Assembly (NCBI GenBank): GCA_963675525.2
Contig: CAXXSL010000009.1
Coordinates: forward strand, 1 to 37,964
From: Anaerohalosphaeraceae bacterium
GTDB taxonomy: Bacteria > Planctomycetota > Phycisphaerae > Sedimentisphaerales > Anaerohalosphaeraceae
Reading direction: 5' to 3'
DNA: 37,964 bases
In this document: piece by piece, positions 10,401 through 20,434 of the stretch
How the letters are laid out: every line of letters starts with the position of its first letter
Numbering within the stretch: the stretch's first letter is position 1
Notes under the pieces: generated by a model
Database searches by the model: none
Seen by the model: the letters and a program-made list of their open reading frames with translations, nothing else
What the model was told of the DNA's origin: nothing
Made by a program: the position numbers and the translations under genes

Positions 10401-10666
10401 TTCGGCAACAGGGCGTCCGGACGTTCTTTTTTGATGATTTTTGTCATGGTTTCAAGGTTTAGCGGTTCGATATAAGTGACATCCGCCATACCCGGATCCG
10501 TCATAATGGTGGCGGGATTGGAGTTGACCAGGACGATTTGATACCCTAATTTACGAAGTGCCTTACAGGCCTGGGTGCCGGAATAATCAAATTCACAGGC
10601 CTGACCGATGATAATGGGACCTGAGCCGATAATCATAACTTTGTGGATATCCTCGCGTTTTGGCAT
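7466..10666 (-). CDS. carB: Carbamoyl-phosphate synthase large subunit
   Basis: MPKREDIHKVMIIGSGPIIIGQACEFDYSG, duplicated ATP-grasp domains (GGGPNRIGQGIEFDY), C-terminal MGS domain. SD AGGGAG precedes ATG 10666. Confidence 0.97.
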   Translation of the reverse strand: MPKREDIHKVMIIGSGPIIIGQACEFDYSGTQACKALRKLGYQIVLVNSNPATIMTDPGMADVTYIEPLNLETMTKIIKKERPDALLPNLGGQSALNLSSELAKAGVLEKYGVKVIGVQIDAIERGEDRIEFKKTMDKLGIEMPKSKPALSVEEAEAIADELGFPIVIRPAYTMGGTGGGLVYNMDELQTIAARGIAASLVGQILVEESVLGWEELELEVVRDSKGQKITVCFIENVDAMGVHTGDSYCTAPMLTISKELQQRLQKYSYDIVDAIGVIGGTNVQFAHDPETGRVVVIEINPRTSRSSALASKATGFPIALISSMLAGGLTLDEIPYWRSGTLEKYSPWGDYVVVKFARWAFEKFKGSEDKLGTQMRAVGEVMSIGKNYKEAFLKAIRSLENGRYGLGFAKNFNTLSLDELMQRLTFPTSERQFLMYEALRKGADIDTLHEKTYIKKWFIEQMKELVDLEESLLKHKGKSLPDKLLKQAKKDGFADAYLAKLLDVPEKDIRKQRIKLGMSEAWEAVPVSGVEDAAYYYSTYNAPDQVGTSNNRKIMVLGGGPNRIGQGIEFDYCCVHTAFTLREEGFETIMVNCNPETVSTDYDTSDKLYFEPLTVEDVLSIYEKEKPEGVIVQFGGQTPLNIARQLEEAGVKIIGTTPETIDLAEDRDRFRKIMEKLNIPMPESGMASTLEGALEIAAQIGYPLIVRPSYVLGGRGMEVVYDEDALRQYVAAAVEVTPERPILIDKFLVNAIEAEADAIADGKDAFVPAVMEHIELAGIHSGDSACVIPPVSIPQKHLDTICEYTRKIATQLNVVGLMNIQYAIADDIVYVLEANPRASRTVPLVSKVCGISMAKLATQVMLGKKLSQMNLRQKKFPHFGVKEAVFPFKMFPEVDPLLGPEMRSTGEVLGLADSFGLAFFKAQEATQETLPSAGTVLITVAKQDKTYITETAKQFADMGFKILATEGTCQFLTKKGIPAKPVLKVYEGRPNIIDCIKNKEIQLIINTPIGKQSQHDDSYIRKAAIKYKIPYITTATAAAATAKGIAAKLKRDADVKSLQEYHAEIS

Positions 10667-10726
10667 GTCGTATAACTCCCTTTTCAATGGTTGTTTTTGG
10701 TTTCCGTTTTCATGCTGATTGGTAGA

Positions 10727-10755
10727 ATTAAACAGGAAGCATACATTTTTGTCAA
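10727..10755 (-). promoter_or_regulatory. sigma70-type promoter of carB
   Basis: Minus strand TTGACA (10755-10750), 17 nt, TTTAAT (10732-10727). Confidence 0.55.
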
Positions 10756-10936
10756 CATTACATTTTTGTAAATTATTGGCCGATGGACCTGCGTTTTTTG
10801 ATTTAAAACAGCGTTTTTAAATTCAAGGACAGCAGCGGGATACTTCTTTCTATGCGGTTATGGTTTTGATAGAATGCCTTTTTTGAGCCGGTCGGGATGG
10901 CTTAAAACGTTTAAAACAGGATAAGAGGACAGCGAT

Positions 10937-11902
10937 ATGAAAATTGTTGTATTGGATGGACATACGACCAATCCGGGGGATAACCCATGGGATGTGGTCG
11001 AGGCATTGGGGGATGTGAGGGTTTATGACCGTACGCCGGATGAGCAGATTCTTCAGCGGTCAGCGGGGGCGGATATTCTGATTACGAACAAGACGCCGCT
11101 TTTCGAAGAAACCATAGACCAATTACCTGATTTGAAATTGATTGCGGTCCTGGCAACGGGCGTAAACAATATTGATCTGCAGGCCGCCGCGGCGCGCGGG
11201 ATTGTGGTTTCCAATGTTCCGGCATACAGTACCGATTCCGTGGCGCAGTACACCTTTGCACTGCTGCTGGAACTATGCCATCATGTCGCCCGTCACAGTG
11301 AAGCGGTGCATGCGGGTCGCTGGACGGCGGGGCCGTATTTCTGTTTTTGGGATACGCCGCAGATCGAACTGGCGGGCAAAACGATGGGTATTGTGGGATA
11401 TGGTCAGATCGGTACGCGGGTCGGGGCGATTGCTCATGCGATGGGAATGAACGTGATTGCTTCGACGCGAACGCCGAAAGCGGCGCCGGGATATGAGCCG
11501 TTTGAATGGGTTTCGCTGGAGGAATTATTTACCCGGGCCGATGTAGTGTCACTGCATTGCCCGCTGACGGATACCAATGCCGGTTTTGTCGATGCGCACC
11601 TGCTCGGATTGATGAAGCCGACGGCGTTTTTAATCAATACCGCACGTGGAGCGATTGTCAATGAAACCGATTTGAAAGAGGCTCTTAATCAGGACAAGAT
11701 TGCAGGGGCTGGGCTGGATGTTGTCTCGGTAGAACCAATTCATGAAGATAATCCACTGCTGAAGGCAAAAAATTGTGTGATGACGCCGCATATCGCCTGG
11801 GCCGCACTGGCGGCGAGAAAACGCCTGATGCGAATTACCGCCGAAAACGTCAGGGCCTTCATCGCCGGAAAGCCCGTTAATGTTGTGAATTTGCCGGAAT
11901 GA
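10937..11902 (+). CDS. D-2-hydroxyacid dehydrogenase (glycerate dehydrogenase/hydroxypyruvate reductase-like)
   Basis: MKIVVLDGHTTNPGD, GIVGYGQIG, LHCPLT, INTARG, LDVVSVEP, TPHIAWA. Confidence 0.9.
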   Translation: MKIVVLDGHTTNPGDNPWDVVEALGDVRVYDRTPDEQILQRSAGADILITNKTPLFEETIDQLPDLKLIAVLATGVNNIDLQAAAARGIVVSNVPAYSTDSVAQYTFALLLELCHHVARHSEAVHAGRWTAGPYFCFWDTPQIELAGKTMGIVGYGQIGTRVGAIAHAMGMNVIASTRTPKAAPGYEPFEWVSLEELFTRADVVSLHCPLTDTNAGFVDAHLLGLMKPTAFLINTARGAIVNETDLKEALNQDKIAGAGLDVVSVEPIHEDNPLLKAKNCVMTPHIAWAALAARKRLMRITAENVRAFIAGKPVNVVNLPE

Positions 11903-11927
11903 AGATACTGGAAAGTTTCTATATCTA

Positions 11928-11936
11928 TGCTATAAT
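11928..11936 (+). promoter_or_regulatory. Extended -10 promoter of rnpB
   Basis: TGcTATAAT ends 7 nt before the P1 5' strand. Confidence 0.65.
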
Positions 11937-11943
11937 GCAAACC

Positions 11944-12325
<382 letters not shown>

Positions 12326-12351
12326 TTTTAATAATTTTTGACGAGTGTCTG

Positions 12352-13347
12352 ATGAACATGGAAAAGAACTTCAAAGCACTGATTGTTGATGAGGTTGCGC
12401 CCGGCGTTTTCACACGGGCAATAAAACCACAAAGGCTTGATGATCTGCCGGATCATGAGTTATTGGTACGTGTCCATTATTCTTCTCTGAATTACAAAGA
12501 CGCTCTTTCGGCTTCCGGCAATAAGGCGATAACACGACAGTATCCACATACGCCCGGAATCGACGCCGCCGGCGTGGTCTGCCGGAGCCATTGTGATGAT
12601 TTTCAACCTGGCGACGAAGTCATTGTCAACGGTAAAGGGCTAGGAACCATGATTCCCGGCGGTTTCGGGCAATACATTCGTGTGCCGTCAGCGTGGGCCG
12701 CTAAACGGCCTCGGACACTTTCACTCAGGGACAGCATGATTTATGGTGTTGCCGGTTTTACCGCAGCGTATTCTGTGTTAAAACTGCAAAAGGAAATTAC
12801 TCCGGATCAAGGAGCGGTGTTGGTCACAGGGGCAACGGGAGGAGTTGGCAGTGTAGCAGTGGCCATTCTTAAAAAAGAAGGTTACTCAGTCATTGCCGCC
12901 ACGGGCAAACCACAGGAAAAAGAATTCCTGGTTAATCTGGGCGCAGCAGAAGTCATTTCCAGTAACGAATTGAAGAAAACCGAAAAGCCCCTCTGCTCGT
13001 CCCGCTGGATGGGTGTTGTCGATACCGTTGGCGGAGATCTCCTTGCAACGGCGATAAAAGGCACGTCTCCCAACGGTGTTGTGACTTGTTGCGGCAATGC
13101 CGCGGGGCCGCAGTTGTCCCTAACGGTTTATCCGTTTATTTTAAGAGGTGTCAGTCTTTTAGGGATCGATTGTGTCAGTTGTCCCGCAGAAATTCGTAAA
13201 CTATTATGGAATAACCTTGCCGGAAAATGGAAACTCGATAATCTGGAACAACTGGTGACCGAGGTGGATCTGGAGGGCCTGGAGAATCGAATTGAAAAAA
13301 TGCTGGCTGGTCAGGTAAAGGGAAGAACGATTGTTAACATGACATAA
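12352..13347 (+). CDS. YhdH/YhfP (AcuI-like) NADPH-dependent quinone/acryloyl-CoA reductase, MDR family
   Basis: [50 protein letters not shown]. Confidence 0.9.
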   Translation: MNMEKNFKALIVDEVAPGVFTRAIKPQRLDDLPDHELLVRVHYSSLNYKDALSASGNKAITRQYPHTPGIDAAGVVCRSHCDDFQPGDEVIVNGKGLGTMIPGGFGQYIRVPSAWAAKRPRTLSLRDSMIYGVAGFTAAYSVLKLQKEITPDQGAVLVTGATGGVGSVAVAILKKEGYSVIAATGKPQEKEFLVNLGAAEVISSNELKKTEKPLCSSRWMGVVDTVGGDLLATAIKGTSPNGVVTCCGNAAGPQLSLTVYPFILRGVSLLGIDCVSCPAEIRKLLWNNLAGKWKLDNLEQLVTEVDLEGLENRIEKMLAGQVKGRTIVNMT

Positions 13348-13379
13348 GTCTCTATGTTTTGAGCAGGAAGGGATGTGAT

Positions 13380-15731
13380 ATGAATACAAAGCGTTGTGTA
13401 AAGCTGTTATTTTTAGCCGTTTTACTCTGTTTATTTTTTGCGGGTGGTTGTGCCAGCCGAGTGTGTGACCGGTATGAGCTTTGGTATTCCCAACCGGCGT
13501 CTGAATGGACCGAAGCGATGCCGATTGGCAACGGGCACATGGGGGCGATGGTCTTCGGCAAAACCACCCATGAGCGCATTCAGTTTAATGAAGATACGTT
13601 ATGGACGGGGCATCCGCTGGATTATCAGCATGCCGGTGCGGCAGCCGTTTTGCCGCAGCTTCGCCAGCTTCTGTTTGATGGTAAACAAAAAGAGGCGGAG
13701 CAATTGGCCGGGGAACGTTTTATGAGCGTTCCATTGAGACAAAATGCATATCAGCCGTTTGGCGAAGTGATTTTGGATTTTGAAAACCATCAAAACGCAA
13801 CAGCTTATAAACGCTCACTTGATTTAAATACCGCCTTGGCCGGTGTGACCTATCAATCCAATGGGATTACCTACAGCCGGGAGATGTTCGCCTCCTATCC
13901 CGATAAGTTGATCGTTATTCGTTTGACGGCTGACAGGCCCGGGCAACTGACCTTTCGGGCAAACCTGAACAGTCCCCATTCCGAATCGCAGCAGGTCCGG
14001 ATTGATGATACCACATTGGCGTTGCGGGGACAAGTGACACAGATAAACAGGAGTCAGGCCGAGAGCCGCTTGCGGTTTGAAGCCAGGCTTCAGGTTCGCA
14101 ACCGCGGCGGCCAGATGCAGGTTTCTGAACAGGGGATTGATATTAGTGGTGCCGATTCGGTGACATTTCTGCTGACCGGTGCGAGCAGTTATAAGAATTA
14201 CCATGACATTAGCGGTAACCCCGCGGAGAAATGCCGACAGGTTCTTGATGCGGTACAAACGGTTTCATACGATGCGTTGAAAAAACGCCACTTGGATGAT
14301 TACCAGTCACTGTTTCATCGTGTCGCGGTCGATCTGGGAACAACGTCCGCCGCTCAAAAAGAAACCGATATTCGGGTTTTGGAATTTCAGAAGGGCGATG
14401 ACCCGCAACTGGCGGCCCTGTTATTCCAATATGGGCGTTATCTGTTAATATCCAGCAGTCGCCCAGGTTCCCAGGCGGCCAATTTACAGGGAGTCTGGAA
14501 TGAGAACCTCGACCCCGCGTGGGATAGCAAGTATACCGTAAACATCAATACGGAGATGAATTACTGGCCCGCCGAAATGACGAATTTGTCCGAATGCCAC
14601 GAGCCGTTATTCGATCTCATTGAGGAGTGCTCCCAAGCCGGAGCGCTGACGGCAAAAACGTATTATGATTGTCCCGGCTGGGTGCTGCACCATAACACGG
14701 ACGGTTGGCGCGGGACGGCACCGATTAATGCGTCCAATCATGGTATCTGGCCGAGTGGCGGGGCGTGGCTGTGCCAGCATCTATGGCTGCATTATCAATA
14801 CACGCTGGATACGGAGTTTCTGCGAAACCGCGCCTATCCGATCATGAAATCTGCGGCCGAATTTTTTGTTCATTACCTTGTCGAAGACCCCCGCGACGAA
14901 AACCATTGGCTGATTTCCGGGCCGTCCAATTCGCCGGAACAAGGCGGTCTGGTGATGGGCCCGACGATGGACCATCAGATCTTCCGAAACTTGTTTGCCA
15001 ATTGTGTCGAAGCGAGCAAAATACTGAATGTGGATTCGGAATTCAGAAATCGGCTGATTGCGATGCGTGCGCGGATTGCGCCGAACAAAATCGGCCAATA
15101 CGGTCAGCTTCAGGAATGGCTTGAAGACAAAGATGACCCGAACAACAAACATCGCCATGTTTCGCATTTGTGGGGGCTTCATCCCGGCAATGAGATTACC
15201 CGCGACGGCACGCCGGATTTGTATGCGGCGGCCCGAAAGTCTCTTGAATTTCGTGGAGACGGGGGAACCGGTTGGTCCATGGGCTGGAAAATTAACTTCT
15301 GGGCACGCCTCCATGACGGCGACCATGCGTATACCATGTTGAGCAATTTACTGAAGCTCACGGGCTCTCCGAAAACGGACCACAGAGGCGGCGGTCTTTA
15401 TCCGAATTTATTTGATGCTCATCCGCCGTTCCAGATTGACGGCAACTTCGGCGCGACCTCCGGCATTGCGGAAATGCTGCTGCAGTCGCATACCGGTGTG
15501 ATCGAACTGCTGCCTGCGCTGCCTTCAGCCTGGCCGAAAGGAAGCATTCGCGGCCTGCGGGCCCGCGGCGGTTTTGATGTGGACATCGAATGGGAAAACG
15601 GACTCCTGAAATCCGCATCAATTGAAAGCCGGACCGGGCAGCCTTGCCGGTTGCAGTACAACGGAACAACAATCGAAATAGCTCTTTCAAAAGGAAAACG
15701 CAAGACATTCGGGTTTGAAGATTTTAATTAG
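13380..15731 (+). CDS. Glycoside hydrolase family 95 (alpha-1,2-L-fucosidase/L-galactosidase), probable lipoprotein
   Basis: [60 protein letters not shown]. Lipobox FAGG|C. Confidence 0.93.
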   Translation: MNTKRCVKLLFLAVLLCLFFAGGCASRVCDRYELWYSQPASEWTEAMPIGNGHMGAMVFGKTTHERIQFNEDTLWTGHPLDYQHAGAAAVLPQLRQLLFDGKQKEAEQLAGERFMSVPLRQNAYQPFGEVILDFENHQNATAYKRSLDLNTALAGVTYQSNGITYSREMFASYPDKLIVIRLTADRPGQLTFRANLNSPHSESQQVRIDDTTLALRGQVTQINRSQAESRLRFEARLQVRNRGGQMQVSEQGIDISGADSVTFLLTGASSYKNYHDISGNPAEKCRQVLDAVQTVSYDALKKRHLDDYQSLFHRVAVDLGTTSAAQKETDIRVLEFQKGDDPQLAALLFQYGRYLLISSSRPGSQAANLQGVWNENLDPAWDSKYTVNINTEMNYWPAEMTNLSECHEPLFDLIEECSQAGALTAKTYYDCPGWVLHHNTDGWRGTAPINASNHGIWPSGGAWLCQHLWLHYQYTLDTEFLRNRAYPIMKSAAEFFVHYLVEDPRDENHWLISGPSNSPEQGGLVMGPTMDHQIFRNLFANCVEASKILNVDSEFRNRLIAMRARIAPNKIGQYGQLQEWLEDKDDPNNKHRHVSHLWGLHPGNEITRDGTPDLYAAARKSLEFRGDGGTGWSMGWKINFWARLHDGDHAYTMLSNLLKLTGSPKTDHRGGGLYPNLFDAHPPFQIDGNFGATSGIAEMLLQSHTGVIELLPALPSAWPKGSIRGLRARGGFDVDIEWENGLLKSASIESRTGQPCRLQYNGTTIEIALSKGKRKTFGFEDFN

Positions 15732-15745
15732 AGAAGGGATACACG

Positions 15746-18130
15746 ATGACGAAAAGGCATTGTGGAATGCTTATTTTATTCGCGGTTTGTTCCTGTCTGC
15801 TTGTTTGCGGCTGTCAGACCAACGTGGTGCAGGATCAGTATAAACTCTGGTATTCACAACCGGCTTCTGAATGGCTCGAAGCACTGCCTCTCGGTAACGG
15901 TCGGCTGGGTGCGATGGTGTTTGGCGGTACGACGACCGAACGTATCCAGATCAATGACGATACCATCTGGGCCGGTCCGCCGGTTCCGGAAGCCGTACCC
16001 GGATTTGCTGAAGCGATGGACAAAGCCCGGGCACTTTGGTTTGACGGCAAATATGTCGAAGCGGAAAAAATGGTCGCCTCTGTGCTGGGGCCGCGCATCA
16101 GTCCCCGCAGCTACCAGACGCTTGGCGATCTGCACCTGCAATTGATGGAAAGAGGGGATGTTTCCGAAGTTTATCGAGACCTGAACCTGGATACGGCGAT
16201 TGCGACAACACGTTTCAAAAAGGATGGTGTGACATACACGCGCCGGGTATTTGTATCCCCCATAGATAATGTTTTGGTTGTTCACTTCAGCTCCGACAAG
16301 CCGGGGCAAATCTATATGCGGGCAACGCTGAATCGTCCGGCGAATTTTACGACGGTTCCCGATGGGAATGATGCCCTTGAAATGTTCGGCCAGGCGCAGC
16401 ATAAAGGCAAACACCTGGGGGTCAAATGGCGTTGTCGCCTGCAGGTAATAGCGGATGGCGGGACGGTGTCAACCGAATCCACGGTTTTAGGCATCGAAAA
16501 TGCCGATGCGGTAACGTTTCTGCTTGCCTCCGCATCGGATTATAATAAGGCCGATCCGTATCAGCCGCTTTCACTGGATCAACAGCAGGTCTGTCGAAAC
16601 ACGATTAACGCGGCAACGGAAAAAAGCTTTAAAGCATTGCGAACAGACCATATTGCCGAACATCAGCGATTGTTCCGTCAATGTACCCTTGATTTGGGCG
16701 GTATTGAAAAGAGTACAATTCCAACCGACCAGCGGCTTCAGGCCGTCAAAGCCGGCGGAACGGATCCGGCGTTGGTGGCGCTGTATTTTCAATATGGACG
16801 TTACCTGCTCATCAGTTCCTCCCGTCCGGGAGATATGCCGGCCAACCTGCAGGGACTTTGGGCAGACGGATTGACAGCTCCCTGGAATGCCGATTATCAC
16901 ATCAATATCAACCTGCAGATGAATTACTGGCCCGCCGAAGTGACCGGCTTGAGTGAATGCCATGAGCCGTTTTTTACGTTTATCGAAAACCTTCTTCCCA
17001 GCGCACAGAAGACCGCCAAAACGGTCTTTGGTGCTCGGGGTGCGGTAGCCCAGCACACCACGGATGCCTGGCTGCATACACCGCCGTTTGGTGCTCCTCA
17101 GTGGGGTATGTGGCCGCATGGCTTTGCCTGGAGCAGTCAGCATTTCATGGAGCATTACCGGTACACAAACGACAAGGAATTTCTCAAGAAAGATGCCTGG
17201 CCTGTGCTGAAAAATGCAGCCTTGTTTTATTTGGACTATCTGGTTAAGCATCCGGAAACGGGCAAACTGGTATCCGGGCTGGAAACCTCGCCGGAAAATA
17301 CCTATATCGCCCCCAACGGACAAAAGGCGCATGTTTCTATGGGCTGTGCGCATAGCCAGGAAATGATCTGGGATGTATTTACTAATACGCTTGAGGCCGC
17401 GAACGTGCTGGGGATTGATGATGACTTTGTGGATGAAGTTCAAAAAGCACACACAAATCTGGCCCTGCCCCAAATTGGTGACGATGGACGCCTGATGGAA
17501 TGGGCACTGCCGTTCGAAGAAGCGGAGCCCGGACACCGCCATTTCTCACATTTGTTTGCGCTGCACCCCGGACATCAGTATAATTTCTATGACAGTCCGG
17601 AAATGGTGGCGGCTGCAAGAAAAGCGATTGACTACCGACTCGAACACGGCGGCGGGCATACCGGCTGGTCACGGGCCTGGATCATCAGTTTCTGGGCACG
17701 CTTCCATGAACCGGAAAAAGCGCATGAGAATATACTGGCGCTTTTGCGTAAAAGTACGATTTCGAATCTTTTCGATATGCACCCACCGTTCCAGATCGAC
17801 GGCAACTTTGGCGGCACGGCCGGTATTGCCGAAATGCTCCTGCAATCGCATATCGGCAATTCACAGGACGGCTTCCACATCGAATTACTGCCCGCCTGCC
17901 CTGATGCGTGGGCTGACGGCTTGGTTACCGGCCTGCGGGCCCGCGGCGGCTTTAAGGTGGATATCGAATGGCAAAACGGCCGGCTGAAAAAGGCGGTCCT
18001 GTTAAGCCTGTCTGGTCAGCCCTGTCAGGTGCAATATGGCGAAAAAACGATTCAACTGGTACTGTCTGAAGGTAAACAGCGGATTCTGACGGAAAAGGAC
18101 TTTCATAAATCGTCAAAAAAAGAAGATTGA
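15746..18130 (+). CDS. Glycoside hydrolase family 95 (alpha-1,2-L-fucosidase), probable lipoprotein; tandem paralog
   Basis: [49 protein letters not shown]. Lipobox LVCG|C. Confidence 0.93.
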   Translation: MTKRHCGMLILFAVCSCLLVCGCQTNVVQDQYKLWYSQPASEWLEALPLGNGRLGAMVFGGTTTERIQINDDTIWAGPPVPEAVPGFAEAMDKARALWFDGKYVEAEKMVASVLGPRISPRSYQTLGDLHLQLMERGDVSEVYRDLNLDTAIATTRFKKDGVTYTRRVFVSPIDNVLVVHFSSDKPGQIYMRATLNRPANFTTVPDGNDALEMFGQAQHKGKHLGVKWRCRLQVIADGGTVSTESTVLGIENADAVTFLLASASDYNKADPYQPLSLDQQQVCRNTINAATEKSFKALRTDHIAEHQRLFRQCTLDLGGIEKSTIPTDQRLQAVKAGGTDPALVALYFQYGRYLLISSSRPGDMPANLQGLWADGLTAPWNADYHININLQMNYWPAEVTGLSECHEPFFTFIENLLPSAQKTAKTVFGARGAVAQHTTDAWLHTPPFGAPQWGMWPHGFAWSSQHFMEHYRYTNDKEFLKKDAWPVLKNAALFYLDYLVKHPETGKLVSGLETSPENTYIAPNGQKAHVSMGCAHSQEMIWDVFTNTLEAANVLGIDDDFVDEVQKAHTNLALPQIGDDGRLMEWALPFEEAEPGHRHFSHLFALHPGHQYNFYDSPEMVAAARKAIDYRLEHGGGHTGWSRAWIISFWARFHEPEKAHENILALLRKSTISNLFDMHPPFQIDGNFGGTAGIAEMLLQSHIGNSQDGFHIELLPACPDAWADGLVTGLRARGGFKVDIEWQNGRLKKAVLLSLSGQPCQVQYGEKTIQLVLSEGKQRILTEKDFHKSSKKED

Positions 18131-18155
18131 AAAAACCATTAATTCGGTCTATCAT
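18127..18155 (+). promoter_or_regulatory. sigma70-type promoter for the 18201 gene
   Basis: TTGAAA (18127-18132), 17 nt, TATCAT (18150-18155). Confidence 0.5.
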
Positions 18156-18200
18156 ACAGTTGTAAATAAATCTGTTTAAGACAGTTAAGGAGAGCAAAAC

Positions 18201-19106
18201 GTGGAACCGACGACCCAAAAACCGCTGGATATTGTGGATACAACGGATTCGCTGGAGGCCATCGGGGTTTCCAAGTCGATGAAAAATTTTCTGTTTCTTG
18301 TCATACTGATCGGTTTGTTGCTGCCGCAGGTGATTTTCTGGATGGATCAGTTGGGGCTTGTTGAACAAAAAGCCTGTACATCATGCAGCATGCAGCAGTC
18401 TTCCTGTCCCGTTCAAAAGCAGGTCTGTCCTGCGCCTGTGGAAGAAAAAGAAACAATCACCCCGTCTGCGGTTCCGTTGGCGTTGGCGGCAACGGTAAAT
18501 GTTGCCCAGGAAGTTGAAAAGGTTGCCGTCCAGGTTGAGCAGGATAAGCAGTCGACCCAGGTAGCACCGGAAGAGGATCTTATTATCCTTGAGAAGGAAA
18601 CGGACATGATACCTGCAGAGATGGCTGCTGAGGAGGCTGTCGTAGATCCGGAGACAGCGAAAGACTCCGAACTGGATGTCGCGGCCTTATTCCGGATTTC
18701 CTGCAGATTTGCTAAAGGGCTTGTTGTGGTCTGTAACTTCTTCGTGCTGACCGGTGCCATCCTGTATAGTCTGACACTACTGATGTGCCTGAAGATTTCC
18801 CTGACCGGCCGACTGGGGGGTATCAATCACATTGCACGGGCGTTCTTTATCTCCCTGTTTTTGATGGTGATCCTGATCCCGTGGCAGCGACTGCTGCCGG
18901 GAGTACTGGTCGGAACGGTCTGGCTGCCCGGTGAATTGCTCTGCGGCGGATGGGCGAAAATCCAAAGTTCGGCCTTCTGGAAAGTCTTGTTCTATCTGCG
19001 GTTTGTGGGGTTATGGGTTCTGGCGATGTGGCTGTTGCTCTGGACCCAGATCCGTTCGGGAAAATGGGCCCGCGCAACCCTGCGACGCCTCGGTGTCGTA
19101 CGCTAA
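18201..19106 (+). CDS. Hypothetical membrane protein with a Cys-containing, acidic extracytoplasmic loop
   Basis: GTG start with SD AAGGAG, one N-terminal TM, low-complexity acidic linker, and 3-4 C-terminal TMs. Confidence 0.75.
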   Translation: MEPTTQKPLDIVDTTDSLEAIGVSKSMKNFLFLVILIGLLLPQVIFWMDQLGLVEQKACTSCSMQQSSCPVQKQVCPAPVEEKETITPSAVPLALAATVNVAQEVEKVAVQVEQDKQSTQVAPEEDLIILEKETDMIPAEMAAEEAVVDPETAKDSELDVAALFRISCRFAKGLVVVCNFFVLTGAILYSLTLLMCLKISLTGRLGGINHIARAFFISLFLMVILIPWQRLLPGVLVGTVWLPGELLCGGWAKIQSSAFWKVLFYLRFVGLWVLAMWLLLWTQIRSGKWARATLRRLGVVR

Positions 19107-19166
19107 GATGCTGTGGTACCATAAAAACACTACGGTACTAAATGTGTAACATATAAACAAGAGACC

Positions 19167-19200
19167 AAAAAAAAACGCCCTCAACGGAGAGCGTTTTTTT
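19167..19200. terminator. Bidirectional intrinsic terminator
   Basis: A-tract, CGCCCTC-AACG-GAGAGCG hairpin, then T7, located between convergent genes. Confidence 0.75.
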
Positions 19201-19221
19201 GCATTCTTATTACGTATAATT

Positions 19222-19912
19222 TTATCCGGCGATTTTTTTTCGGAAAAAACTTATGCCGGAAAGTCCAACCACCGCCAAGCCGAGTGCTCCCGGAACCGGT
19301 ACGACTGCGGGTGTACCGCTCAGTTGTACACCGTCAATCGAAATTGTTGTGCTCGGATCCAGATCAACCAGCAACAACTCGTCGTTATCCCAAAAAAGGT
19401 CGTATCCGTGATCGAGCTTAAATTCCATTGATGCTGTGCTGCCCCATAAGACTGAATCGATTGACAGATTAACAGTTGTCCATGCATCTATTTCCGGGTC
19501 GTCCGGCGGAATGACGGTTACGCCGGAGCCAATAGTTTCATCTCCCGAACTTGACCATTGGTAGAATAGGCTGCCGTTCAAATGAAATGAGAACCAATCT
19601 GTTTCAGGTTCCTCCTCGGCATCCCCGATGATAGGCAGAAAACTGAAAGACAGCATGTCGGTATCTGCGTCAACGAAAAAATCCTGACTGAGAGAACTGC
19701 TGAATATGGTGGGAGTCCAACCCTGAGTCGCATCTTCGGGCATGATTTCAGGATAAAGTGTTGCAACTCCATCTTCGACGCCGACTAAGCCGGATTGATT
19801 CCAGCTACTCAGTCCATCATCAAAAAAAACCGTTGGTCACCTGTGAATAGGCACTCGTTGCCGATAGTAATAAAATACAGCTTGACAGCGCACACACTAA
19901 CGTAAGTTTCAT
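19222..19912 (-). CDS. Secreted PEP-CTERM/VPLPA-CTERM-type sorting protein (one +1 frameshift in a T8 run near 19822-19829)
   Basis: ATG 19912 with SD GGAAGGGAG and signal peptide MKLTLVCALSSCILLLSATSAYS. Removing one T joins it to ORF 19222..19743. C-terminus VVPVPGALGLAVVGLSGISFFRKK is motif + TM + basic tail. Confidence 0.8.
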
Positions 19913-20128
19913 TGTTTTCTCCCTTCCATTAAATCTTCAAATCCATTTAACATCCCATAATGTTTTTCCGGCAAAACATTATGTCCTGAACCAATCAGAG
20001 CCAAAAAGTATAATAAAAACATTATAGGACTTCAAGGGAAATGTTAAATTTTCACTAAAGGCGGATAAATAATAAACTTACGTGAAATTAAATCCAACTG
20101 CATATAAGTGGGCATAGATGACACTATG

Positions 20129-20176
20129 AAAAAAGGCGGCCCGGAAATGCAATACATCGATGCATTTCCGGGCCGC
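20129..20176 (-). terminator. Intrinsic terminator of the PilX-like operon
   Basis: Perfect 16-bp inverted repeat GCGGCCCGGAAATGCA (20136-20151) / TGCATTTCCGGGCCGC (20161-20176), followed by CTTTTTT on the minus strand. Confidence 0.8.
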
Positions 20177-20198
20177 AGGAGTTTGATTTGATCAAGTG

Positions 20199-20399
20199 TT
20201 ATTCGGCTTCATCGGGTTCGGGATCGTCCTCGGGCTCTTCAGTGAGATTCACTGTTCCGATGTTGAAGACGACCGCAGGGGTGCTGTCAAACATCTCAGG
20301 GACGTCTTCGTCGGGCACATCTTCGGCGAAAACCTGACTGGTGGGCATCAGCAGAACACCCAGCACAAAAAGCATCAGTATAGTCAGTGTCTTTTTCAT
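20199..20399 (-). CDS. Small secreted, highly acidic protein (66 aa)
   Basis: SD GAAAGGA, then signal peptide MKKTLTILMLFVLGVLLMPTSQVFA. The mature part is very D/E-rich. It is followed directly by a terminator. Confidence 0.75.
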   Translation of the reverse strand: MKKTLTILMLFVLGVLLMPTSQVFAEDVPDEDVPEMFDSTPAVVFNIGTVNLTEEPEDDPEPDEAE

Positions 20400-20434
20400 G
20401 ATATTTCCTTTCAAAAGGTTTATTGTTTTGTTGA

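Noticed and set aside
16571..17542. Long antisense or alternate-frame ORFs (e.g. 16571..17542, 8234..8926, 9806..10462, 20438..21169)
   Set aside because: They are shadows of well-supported genes on the opposite strand and have no motifs or SD signals.
19822..19829. Phase variation by a T8 tract in the PEP-CTERM-type gene
   Set aside because: The tract is short, and the same +1 homopolymer errors occur in housekeeping genes here, so assembly error is more parsimonious.
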